DNA of 64,000 nt, taken from contig JAUCBJ010008330.1 in NCBI GenBank assembly GCA_032718475.1, forward strand, positions 1-64,000, read 5' to 3'. Numbering within the stretch: the stretch's first letter is position 1; every line of letters begins with the position of its first letter. Source of the stretch: Nemertoderma westbladi (taxonomy: Eukaryota; Animalia; Xenacoelomorpha). Both the position numbers and the translations under genes were made by a program. Shown piece after piece: positions 12,949 to 24,800 of this stretch. The notes below the pieces were generated by a model. That model saw only the letters and a program-made list of their open reading frames with translations, made no database searches and was not told where the DNA came from.

Positions 12949-14606
12949 ACTACTAGGATCGGCATGCTGCATTGCAGCTGCATTTTTAAGAATGCTGTGC
13001 CGGCTTGTCAACAAAATTGCACCGCCACAACTCCCTATCACCCATGACATTTGCTAGATCATCCGCATCTTTAAGGCCAGTGTCCTTTAAGATGCGTCTC
13101 AAGAAAGTCATGGGCTGTCCACCATGCTTATTCACTCCATGAGGCTGCCAAAGTACAAGATTATGCACTGGCTGGTCCTCACGGCGAAAGCAATGTCCTG
13201 CAAAGCGGAGGCGATTTTGTTCTAGTGTCAAGCTTGGGGGAACCAATGAGACACCTCCAATGTTATATAGTGTCTGGTTGGAGATGTGTGCATATTACTT
13301 GACACAATGAACCCGGCGTAGCATTCTTGTGAATGTGCCATCCAGAGATTTGGTGTCCTCAGCAGTTAGAGCCCAGCATGGACTCCCGTAGAGGAGTACT
13401 GGAACTACTGCTGCTCTAAATAATCGGACCTTAAGTTTCCGATTAATTCTCGGTGACTTCCAAATCCTGGAAAGCCTATTCAAGGCTGCCCATGCCTTTC
13501 CCTTACGTATTCGAAGGTCCTCACCTGACTTCCGGATCCATGATCCCAGGTAACAAAAGTCATCGACATGCTCAAGCATACCATCCTTTGAGCTTATGCT
13601 CATCCGATCAGAGACTTGCTGAGGACTTTCAAAGTTAACTGTCAGAATTTTGGTCTTTCTGGAGTTAATAAAAAGACCAACACTAGAAGCAGCATGTTCT
13701 AATGAGCTGAGGAGCCGTTGGGCTCCCTCTAATGATTCTGAGAGTACTCCTAAGTCATCAGCAAAGTCTAGATCAGTTAGGTACTTGGCAGGATTTCTTC
13801 GACTTCTGGAGCCAGTAGGTGGAGTTATCATCACCCCATCATCATTATGATGATCTAAGGACATGCGTAGAACATAGTCAACCACAATAATGAATAAGAA
13901 TGGTGCAAGTGTGTCTCCTTGGAGGACGCCCCATAACACTTCAAATGGTTCTGTGTCACCGTCAACAGTAGACACAAATGTTGTCGAACCATCGTATACT
14001 GATCTGATTGCTGCTATAATTTCATCAGGAATCCCATATAATGAAAGTATGCTGAACATACGTGAGCGAGAGACTGAATCAAAGGCCTTGAAGAAGTCAA
14101 CAAAGATAACAGCCAGATGCCTGTCTTTCTTTTTTGATAATTCTTCAATTATCCTTCTAAGTGCCAAAATGGGCTCCATGGTCCCACGACCTTTACGAAA
14201 CCCATTCTGATTTCCACGGAGCAGTCTCTCAATGGGATCCCTGATGCGATTTAATAGAATCCTATTGTATAGCTTTGCAGCAATCGAGATCAATGAGATT
14301 CCCCGAAAAGAACCATAGAGTGTTAGGTTGCCCTTCTTGGGAACTGGCACCAACTTATTTGTTTTCATTTCTTGGGGGACTCTTGTTGTACGGTACATGT
14401 CTACTATGATGGGATAGATGAGCTTTAAACACTCAGGTATTTTAAAGACCTCAGGGGGAACACCATCTACTCCACTGGCACGATTGGTCTTAATGCTCTT
14501 TGCAGCAGCCTTCACTTCTGCAAAGGAGATATCGCCAATGGGAATATCTGGGAGTACAGACTCAGACACCTTTACTTCTATAAAGTTATCAGGCAATCTA
14601 TATACG
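12949..14606 (-). mobile_element. 5'-truncated RTE-clade LINE inserted antisense in gag of D
   Basis: 11-bp TSD CTCTATATGAT (12938-12948, 14607-14617); short TAG tail; RT ORF. Confidence 0.95.
13295..14596 (-). pseudogene. RTE reverse transcriptase domain (433-aa open stretch, frameshifted C-terminus, endonuclease missing)
   Basis: FRGISL, QNGFR, FVDFFKAFDSV, GVLQGDTLAPFLF and DFADD motifs; continues in another frame (LRFAGHCFR). Confidence 0.93.
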
Positions 14607-15149
14607 CTCTATATGATGGACCAGCAACAAAGGGACCCTACCATGGCTGATCTCATGTCATTCTATAATACTGTAGTACCCCTATACAAACAGCACAGGG
14701 CTTACCGGATTATTAACAAACTGTAAAGTTTAATGTTCCGTTGTTTTAATATTCGTTAATTAATATTTTAATATTTCGTTAATATTCTGCTCTACTGTTA
14801 CTGTATAATAGTACCGGTTGTATGCAAATAATATAATAGTAAATAAAAAATAAATTATAAATTATATTTTCTTCAATCTTAAACCTTTTTTATCTTCAAT
14901 ACGTGTTTTCTAACCTGAACTTAATTTATTTTATTTTTATTTTACATGCGGCATGCGGCGTGTAGATTTTAGTTGCTTGTCAATTTTATTTTATTACCGG
15001 TACCGGTAAATAAATACATATAAAATGTAATAATATATTCTAAAGTATTTACCTGTATTTATCTTTCAATCAATCTTTGTATATTATTCAGAAATTTGAT
15101 TATTAAATATCCAACTTTATTCGATATTTATAAATATAATCTTGCAAAT

Positions 15150-15705
15150 AATGCAATAATTTGGCGACAATGCAGTAATTGGTTGAAGGACTTCAAAGTA
15201 TGGCCGGACGAGTGCTGGGATACCAGGGACGCATTCGGTCTGGCTCACGATCTCAGGGACGGCGTGTTGCTATGCCAACTGGCTAACGTACTCATGCCTG
15301 GGTGCATTAGCACTCAGGACTACAATGTGTTCCCAAGGCGTTCGACGTTTCTATGCACTCGAAACATAAGAGGTTAAACTGTTCGAAGGTCGTCCAGATG
15401 GCACCTTCCTCGTACGGAGAACCCTCAAGGACGGCGCCTACGAGTTCAAGTTGGACGTCATGTGCTCCACTCTGCAGCACAATATCATATACGTCGACAA
15501 CCGCTCCCACAACGCGCCCTGTTGCTTCCTCACCCCCAAGGTCGTGTTCCCCAACGTCAACCAGTTGGTTTCCTATTAAACGCAGCATTCTCTAGAAGAG
15601 AGTTTTTACGCTATGCGCACGCAACTCTTGTATCCCATCAGAGCGCACAATGGCTCCAATAGAAGGCTTTCAAGATTACCCGCTGACGGTTTAGTTTGTC
15701 AATAA
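15150..15705 (+). pseudogene. Vav-like fragment: calponin-homology domain joined out of frame to an SH2 domain
   Basis: WRQCSNWL...LRDGVLLCQLAN...FLCTRNIR resembles the Vav CH domain. The frame from 15373 reads RPDGTFLVRR...FPNVNQLVSY*TQHSLEESF...LLYP, resembling Vav SH2. Premature TAA at 15577. Confidence 0.85.
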
Positions 15706-17032
15706 AACAGTATCATAAATGCAATTAAGGTTCTTCTGTCTAACTTTACCTTATGGTACATGCAATGTTTTACTTCGTATTATTTTTGTGGTATTTTTTC
15801 ATATATTGTTGTTCAGCCTTTTTATTTTCTAGTGATTCATTCTTCCCCAACTTCACAGTGTTAAGTGTGTTGTGAATGTGTCTTCCACCATTCGGATATG
15901 TAACTGTAGGTTCGTTTATGAACCCTCACTTATTTATATACCGTCGTACTTATTTGTTAATTTAAGTAAAAAAAAAAGCTTTAAAATAATTATTCTTTTT
16001 TCTAAAGTTTATTCTTAGAGAAATATCTGCGGCGATTTAATGGATTTGGAAATATCCTGACGTATTTCTTCCCACGTACAAATACTGCACCATTCATTAT
16101 ATACAACCACCCAGGTTGCGGGCCTTACTAACCAACACAATTTATTTCCGTTTTAATTAATATTCACAGTAATTAATTCAGACTTACTATCATATTATAG
16201 GTAAAAGATATTCGTATTTTAGGTAATGTACGAATAATTAAAATAAAAAATTGTAAAATTTCAGAATAATGTTTGTTCCTCCTTATTTTTTTCATATCGA
16301 CCGTCACTTTGTCCAACTTAAAGATTTAGTCATAAACTTCGTGTTCAAAGTGAACAATATATTGTAAACCGGGGGTTTTAAATTCTTTTTCTATCATTTT
16401 AATAAAGGTATTTGCACTTATAATTTTGTAGGTTTCTTCTATTTAACCTAATGATTCATTACCTATTAGGGTTTTAAACAGCAGTTAATTTTGGGTGATT
16501 TTGGAATTAGTATTTCAGTCTTGGCAGCTTACGTGTTGCGTACGGCGACCCTCGTTTTCTTTATTGCACTCGCTCGGCTCACTAGTGAACGAAAATCACT
16601 CATGGCCGTAACGCAGCCAAGTGCTACGTAACCCCCAATATTGGCCATCAATAATTAAAATATTGTGATTCAGTATGTGTTCGTTATGCCAATATAGTAT
16701 ACTTAATAACATAATATATAAATTACTTATTATGAACTTGTGATTTTGGTGTTGGGTTGTTTAAAGTTATTTCACTTATTAAGAGTAGTCGGTCACCAGT
16801 GTGCTAAGTGGTTCAGTCTTTAGTACTGTGGTATACAGCCCCGAGTGTGCTAAGAGCTAAGTGTACCGTAGTTGTAGTATTTGTAATGTGTTATTTACTG
16901 TTTTGAAGTTGTATTTTTCCATTTAAAATATTGATTGAGTAATAATTATTAAAACTAATTGGATTTTGAACACCGTTAACTTGATTTCTGTTGTTCACAA
17001 AAACTTTACCAAACAGAGTTCCCAAACGGTGT

Positions 17033-17336
17033 TGCCATCACCCCATCTTTATTAAGACGGTCTAAGGACATGCGTAGAACATAATCGACAACAGTTACGA
17101 ATAAGAATGGTGCAAGTGTGTCACCCTGAAGGACTTCGAATGGATCTGTGTCACCCACAGCAGTGGACACAAATGTGGTGGAACCATCATGCAGTGATCT
17201 GTTAGCTGCAATAATTTCCTCAGGCATCCCATATGCTGCCAGTATGCTAAACATACGTGGTCAAGAGACTTAGTCGAAGGCTTTAAAAAAGTCTTGTCTT
17301 TCTTTCTTTATTGATAACTCTTAGATTATCCTTCTG
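17033..17336 (-). mobile_element. Degenerate RTE RT fragment, the insertion target of copy B (continues at 33727-33755)
   Basis: LQGDTLAPFLF motif; sequence resumes after B as AGTGCCAGAATAGGCTCCATGGTC, matching the RTE at ~14160. Confidence 0.85.
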
Positions 17337-18542
17337 TGTACGCGCTTTTGAAGACCTTTAGCAGTTTAACCTGCCAAAATTTATATGTCTTTTGGTTTAT
17401 AAATAGACTTTAACATATGACAAGTATTTAATACCAATAAACACAACATTAGCCGAAGCCAGCCTAGTGCGCGTCCATTCACCCGCTGGATATACCCGGG
17501 AGACTGGATTCGGAGGGCTTAGATTGTTATTGCAGTGTAAGCTTACTGTATTATTCGATTGATCGTTAATAAATAATTTCTGACCAATATTATTCACTTT
17601 CGGGAAATATTAACAGTTCCTTTAGGACGTGGCGCTCTATCTAGGTAAACAGAGATATGACTTATACTAAACACAACGGTAAGTCAGTAAGGCTTATGAT
17701 TCACGTATGAGGCGCATTCTTTAGGAAATGCTTAGTTATCAGTCAAAATCATGCACACTACCGGTAACGCACAATACTGCACACTAATCTGCCGACCGTC
17801 AATGAATTTTATCATACATAAAGAGAACAGTAATTGACTCATGTAGTGCTTATCAAATAGCATTAAATTCACTACAAACCACGATAATATAAGTCGCAAT
17901 CGCTATATGTAACCTGTCTCTCTAACCTGTAGTGTATCAAGAAATTGGGAAATTTGGGTTATTTATCGATGTTCTCCAAATAATAATATTCAACCAACTG
18001 ATACAAATAATAACAACAGTAAAAAGCATTAAGACGGTAGGTTAAGATTATAACAATATAAGATTGTACCGCTGCGCTACTGCGCTGATAAGACTGATAA
18101 GACTGATAACAGTTATACGCTCTATAATCTAAGCCTACTAATGTTTCTTCTAAAGTCTGAAACGAATTGACTCTAGAGCCGGTGTTCTTGGCCTAGATAG
18201 AAACAACAAAACTATAACACAGAAAACTATAAGACTGAACACTCCTAGCACGATCTGTAGAATATCTCCACATCGACAGTAAAAATCGCCCTGATTGGCT
18301 GTTAAGCTAAACAAAGAACCATGTGTCCAACGGCCATTTCCATGCCAGCAACCAGCTGTTAGATGTCGTAATCTGAATCATCAAGGCTACACTGTGCTAG
18401 AGGATTTGACGCATTGCGGGTTTTGTGCCTTGCCATGTCCGCCAAAGCACACATATAGAAGAATGACTTTTATGTCCGTTAAAACACCTACAACGGTACT
18501 TTGCGGGCAAGGGGACTGATTATATCCGCAAAAGCTTTTACA
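17337..18542 (-). repeat. 3' LTR of copy B
   Basis: Direct repeat of 32521-33726 with about 9 substitutions counted by eye. Confidence 0.97.
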
Positions 18543-18620
18543 CCGCTCCCAGAAAATGGGATTCAAGTCTATAAATATACAAAAATCACAGTTTCTAATA
18601 TACGTAAATACTCTAAACAG

Positions 18621-20213
18621 TTAGTCTTTCTTGCGCGGATGGCGTTTAAGCAGTTTTTTAAAGCTGGCCAGAGTCTTTTTCTCTTTGGGGCGAGCCACTT
18701 TACAAGGAGGGCTATAACTCCTGGGTGAAGGGTGCAACATGATTGCATCAGAGGGTGTAGGATTATGGTCGGTGTATCCGCCAGTCAAAGTGCCGGGTTG
18801 ATTGACATCAACGTCGGGGGAGAGGGGTCTAACGGCCTTGAGAGCGCGTTTTAGGACAGCCGCTCTTACGGGTCCTTTACGAGTGGTCTGAACGAGAGCC
18901 GTGGGTGGACCATAGGCAGTCAGAAACTTCCTGGGTTTAATGGTTCTTTCTAACTCGCGTTCGCGGGCTCGGTATTCGTAAGGCCGTCGATATACTTCCT
19001 GTAACTCGGGGTGTGAGTTAACAAATAAGTCTCCATAGTCCGGATCCTGACGGATAAAATTGATTAGGTTATATGAATGAAGGTCGCTAGGATTAACACT
19101 CCTGAGAAATTTGCGTACGAATTTGGTTGAAATACATTCTCCGACGCGCTTCAGTAGTTCGTAACTCGATATGCGTGATTTCTGTTCGACAGAAGCGAAT
19201 AGATAAGGATGGAACGCATAAACTCCTTCGTAAGCGCGTCCAGGATAATAACGATGGCGCGAATCACAATGTAAATCAGCGTTCGCTTCCCAAGCTCTGA
19301 TGTAACGTAGTGTGATCATTTCATCTACGCTTTCCAAATCGTGATTAAAAGGGCAATCGAAACTGGCGTGTCCCTTTAGTTGACAATGGTGACATTGAGT
19401 CATAAATTGAGGGCAAACCGCAAAAATGTGCAAGTTATTGAGTCTGCAATACGCGCAATAAATTTCCATCGCCGGTTGTTCGTGGAAATAGGAACAGCGG
19501 ACGTTTGTGTCCTTCAGTTTGTTGGTTGGGTCTAGGGCATTCGTCACAATAACACCAAAGACGTACGTCCTGTAGAGGAAACGCGGGTGATCGTTCTCCA
19601 GCTTCGCAATATTCTTCCATTTGTTCAAAACTATCCGGGATAACAGGTAGTGGACGATCGGCGGTAAGATACATCATAGTGAAATAGAGCCGTTTGAGTT
19701 CTACCATGGGGTCATGATGTATACCTTGAGGATATAGAGTCTCGAGGTTCTGCTGACTGGCGATGTTGAGATAGGTTTCTCCCAAAATTCCAGGTAGTCG
19801 TTGAAGTCGATGCGTTTATCCGGTTCATCAACGTTTTCTCTTTCCAGTCTGTTACGAATAGAATTTTCGTGTTCTATTCTAGGTTTATCGTTACGACTCC
19901 GCTGGGTATGATATTTAAATAGAACCATTTCCCTTTCGGTGTCTACATCGTCCGTATCATGTAAATCGATAGGATGGCCGGTAGTTAAGAAGTCCATACA
20001 CGTACCATTACGATGCATATAGCGAGCGGTGAATTTTCGATAGTCCAATTCACGCGTAAGTTGCTCTTGGGACATCGGCGGTTCGATATAACGACCATCG
20101 TCCTCCATAATGGTTGGATCGGCTTCACCGCGTATCAAGCTATCCACAAATGCTTGTAAAGGTAGAGTATATCGCTCCCTGATACCAAGATCATCTTCTA
20201 TCAACTCCGTCAT
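18621..20213 (-). pseudogene. Extra ORF3 of copy B (env position), frameshifted, with two CCHC zinc knuckles
   Basis: Overlapping frames 20213-19701, 19785-19435 and 19628-18621; CAYCRLNNLHIFAVC and CHHCQLKGHASFDC; homologue in copy C. Confidence 0.8.
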
Positions 20214-21832
20214 ATCTGCTATCTGAGTTTATTAATATCAAAATGAGTTTATGTTTAGGCTAGCGGGCGTCGCTGCCTACCTCTCGTTGCCCCCGGACAG
20301 TGGGATTCTCAGCGCCGATGTACCGTCGTCGCGGTGTTTACGCCAACATGTAGCAACAGCACGCCAACGATAACCGACACAAGTCACTCCACTGTCCGTC
20401 CCAAAGGCTTGGATCCACTTTAGGTTCTTTCTATAGGAGAGTTGGGCTACTTTTACAATTGCGACTAGCTACTGTAAACATACTTTAGCAGTAACATTCA
20501 CCTATAAACACACAAATTCCAACACAACTGTCACCAATTGTACACATACAGGCCATTTGTCCGTCAGTCAGTGCCTTCCAGAATGTCACGTTATTACTGT
20601 GTATCCTTGGATACTAACAGTGTGCTATGTATTCTCTATGCTATGCAATGGGACAAGCTTTCTATTGTTCTTTTAACTTGCTTCTAATTCTAGCGTGGGT
20701 GTTGCTATGGTGACATTATGGAAAGCTAGCGGTAGAATTAGGGTAATTCTCATGCATACAGATCTGGAATGCTATTTAATAGTAATTCTTTAATTGTCAA
20801 TATCCTCTTTATGCATGATTTTATTAATTTTATCGGCTATTGACTATATGTTGGAGATTCTCGCACTCTAATACGCTCAATAGGATGAATCTCCGCTCCC
20901 ATGATCTATTAATTAATGGAATTTTGGGAATGTTATAAATTGCACAAAATGACAATTTATGAAATTCATTTAAGATATGAATTTAAATTTATTCCCGTGA
21001 ATTTTATTATTTGATGGTAAAATTGACACAATTTTATTCCAGAGCATGTCTGGGGACCTAGGATCCTTAATTCTATAAAATTGTCTTTTAAGAGTATCGG
21101 TAAGCGCTGCGATATCTTAATTGACTAGAAATTTTAAAGGATCTGAATTTTACAGATTTTAATAAATATTAAATTAATATTTAAGATAGGCACCGATTTA
21201 TTCCAGAACTTGTCTGGGGACGTTAACCACTGATTCTAAAATTTGTCTTTCAAGTATATCGGTGGGTGCAGCGATATCTTAATCGACTAAAATTACAGAT
21301 GGTCAAAAGGTTTAACAGATTTATTTGCGTTTTACGCTACTGTTATAGGGACATCACGCTACTATATGTATTATTTAATATAAAGTAGAAGAGCAATATC
21401 GCACGAAGCAATGTCAGTGTGAAGAGGCAAGTCGTTTCCAAGGTCTACCCAGAGCTTGGTTTAGCCGAGACACGAGGATCTGAACTTTGCATTCCTAATA
21501 CTCTGCCTACCAATAATACTTAAATATAGTAGGAGCTTTATTGTACTTTAATAAGTACTGACATGTCATCTTACATGTAGTCTCGTATTTATAATATAAT
21601 ACGGACAGTAAGGAAAAGAAAGAATTATTTCTCGCCGTCATATTAAATATATATTATATGTAATTACGTAATAAACACTAATATATTGCACTAATCTACC
21701 AAATAATCTAAAATAACCTTCTACTAAATAAAATTGAATAAAAACGATTATAATAAAGTACATAATAATGTTCACATATAAAATATAATAAAATAGATAA
21801 AATAATATAGTCATGCGCCCACTCCAGACGTA

Positions 21833-24800
21833 TCACGTTGGGGAGTCCCTAGATGTTTGAGGAATTAGGGAGGTGGTCGTGGGAAGAGTGTCTTGCCTTC
21901 CATAGTTTCCGGAGAGTTCTCTGTCTCTTTCCAGTAAACATAAACGACCAACTGGGCGGTTGAGTTGTTGCGTCTCAAAGATTATGCCTGGCTTCTTGAA
22001 GTTACGCCGCATGACGACGAGTTCTACCGAGCGTACTAAACCATCATCCGAGATGTGAGTCTCGATGATACGACCTGTCTGCCACCGTTTACGTGGAAGG
22101 TCTGAATCTACAATAAGCACCATATCTCCGGCGCTGACGTTTTCTTGCTGCGCAAACCACTTAGTTCGAAGTTGTAGCGTGGGCAGATAATGTTTCTCGA
22201 AATGGTCAGCGAAACGCTGGGATAGCAACTGCATAAGTTGCCAAGTTTGACGGCAGTATTCGTCTCCGTCGGCAATCTCCGATCGTGGGAGCATGGCTAC
22301 AGGTTTCTTCAGTAGGAAGTGCGCGGGTGTTAGCGCTTCCAGGGAATCGGGACTCGATGAGACTGGCATAAGCGGTCTCTCGTTGAGATAGGCAGCTATT
22401 TCCTCCATTAATGTCCGCAAAAGTTCGTCGGTGAGATACGCGCGGCATGGCACTATAAAGTGAAATGCGGTCTTGACACTTCTAATTAATCTCTCCCAAC
22501 TTCCTCCCCACCAAGGGGCGTCGGCGGCGTTGAAGGTCCAGCTAGACGCTGTTATCCTTAGCTGATCGTCCACCTGTCTTTGGTTCCAGTCCTTCACGTA
22601 AGCCTGGATTTCGTTGTTGGCACCAATGAAGTTCGTTCCCTTATCCGATCTCATGGTATTACTCGTCCCGAAGCGAGCGATCTGTCGGCGTAAACTTAAG
22701 ATGAAGCTGTTGATAGATAGATCGTTCACCATATCGAGATGGATGGCTCTACAAGTCATGCATACGAAGATGACACACCATCTCTTGACTATAGTCCTAG
22801 CACGATATACTTCAATAGGGCCAAATAAATCTACACCAGTATTAGTAAAAGGTGGTTCATAGAAGCTTACTCGTTCCCTAGGTAATTCTGCCTCTCGCTG
22901 TGTTAAAGGCCTACTGAATGCTTTCCTACAGGGTATGCAGTTCCTAAGAACTTGGTTCAGAGCTCTACGGGGTTTATCAAAATAATAGCGAGTTCGAATT
23001 TCGCTAAGAACTCGTTCTCTACCAGCATGATAAAGTTTACTGTGAACATCTACAATCATCTTGATTTGTACTTCAAGATTTCTAATGAGTATGGGGAATT
23101 TAGTGTCAAAGGATAATGGCGCATTGGTGAGCCTTCCTCCAACACGTATTAACCCATCTATCATTGTGCTAGAGAAGCGATCCCTTAAGCGCATCTGCGG
23201 ATTTCTCAACAACAGGAAATACTTATCGGAATCCTCATAGCATTGCAGGAGCCTCAGTGTCTGCTTATTGGTTTCTTCATGCTCCTGGTAACTGATTTTC
23301 TCCTTTAGAAACCGGTCGGATGTCTTATATTTGGGTAAATTTTTAATAACATGAACTTGCGCAGATGTCAATGGAGCGGTATCACTAATGGTCTTCGTCC
23401 TGGAGTAGTGATGATGAAAACATCGCCTTAAATATGTGACGGCTTTACAGAGCCGATTCCAGGAACTGTAGTGATGCATTGCTCTCTGCAGCAGGGGTGA
23501 GATTCCTTGCGAGACGTCTGGTATTCCAGATTTCCAATCTCTATCTCTAATTTCCACGACAGCCTTATTTGTGGCGAGGGATTGTGGATCCGCAGCATCG
23601 TTTCCGGAAGTATGTAATACAGATAGATCGATCGTCGGTTTAAATAACTTCGATTTACTCGCCCGGGTTTTAGGTTTGACTTTCTCCGCTCCCTTGGCTT
23701 GTCTAATCTCCGCCGTAGTAAGGTGAGGAGGCCATTCATCCTCTTCCTTGCTCAGGAAGTCGGGTCCACCCAACCAGTCTGAGTATCTATCAGTTCCTGT
23801 GGAGTTGCTCCCCTGGAGGCGATATCGGCTGGATTAATCGTACCAGGGCAATGTCTCCATTGATCTATCTTTGTGCGACTAAGAATAATAGCTACCCTGT
23901 TAGTAACAAAAACGCTGAACTGACAGACTTCATTGGTTATATACTCCAACACGAGTAAAGCGTCGGTCCAATAAACAGTTTTCTCCAGTGGATAGTCGAT
24001 TTGTTCTGTTACGTTCCGGCCGATGGCTGTAGCGTATAAAGCTGCCTTTAACTCCGCTCGAGGAACCTTTAACTTGTTGTTAATCAATGCCTTAGAGGTA
24101 ACCAAGGCGACTTTGATTCCATCCGGAGTTTTGACTCGCAGATATGCTACTATACCTATTCCCATGTCGCTGGCGTCTCCAAACACATGGAGTTGATAGG
24201 AATATGTAGGAAGAACATGACCAAAATATGCACGGGAAATTATAAAGCTCTCGATGGCAGGTAGAGAATCTTCCCATTTCATCCACTTCTTTAACAGTTC
24301 ACCCTTAAGGGGGGGGTACACCATTTTGGTCCAAAATATGTCGAAATTTTTTTTATGGTCTATTATAATGCACCATTGAATGGTGTTTCCAAATCTGAAA
24401 ACCGCTATTTAATAGCTCTTTTAGTTTTTAAGTTATGTAAATTTCCTTTTAGGGAATCCTATTGAAATTACTATTACTATGTATAATGAAAGGTCGATTA
24501 TCTCCAAATATTTTTTTCATGAAATTGTCAACTTCAAAACCCTACTACTTCTACAATTTTTGAGTAATTAGTCTGAAACTTCCTGTGAGTGTCTAGATAG
24601 CCACCCTGCATAAAAGTATCAGGCAACTTTTCGAAATTTTTTGTTAATAAAATTTAATACTATTTATAAAAAACCTAAAAATTTGCATAAATTTGAAGCG
24701 CCACCTAGCGGTGCAGAATTATTTTAACAAAATTTCGCCTGATAGTTATGTTGCCCCATCTTTGATCTATCATATAAAACAACTTTCATGTGATTAGATT

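Larger units (their letters stand above)
5343..14664 (+). mobile_element. BEL/Pao copy D, 3'-truncated (LTR, leader, disrupted gag), carrying Tc1-like and RTE insertions
   Basis: LTR and leader homologous to A/B/C; gag fragments match B/C gag; homology stops after RDPTMADLMSF at ~14664. Confidence 0.92.
10107..14664 (+). pseudogene. gag: Disrupted gag of copy D
   Basis: Pieces 10107-10397, 10400-11281, 11315-11563, 11693-12442, 12479-12948 and 14607-14664 align with B/C gag; stops, frameshifts and an RTE insertion. Confidence 0.92.

Noticed and set aside
17397-18519. Short ORFs repeated in both LTRs (also 32581-33703, 41795-42187, 56542-56934)
   Set aside because: Repeated only because LTRs are duplicated; not conserved as ORFs between subfamilies.
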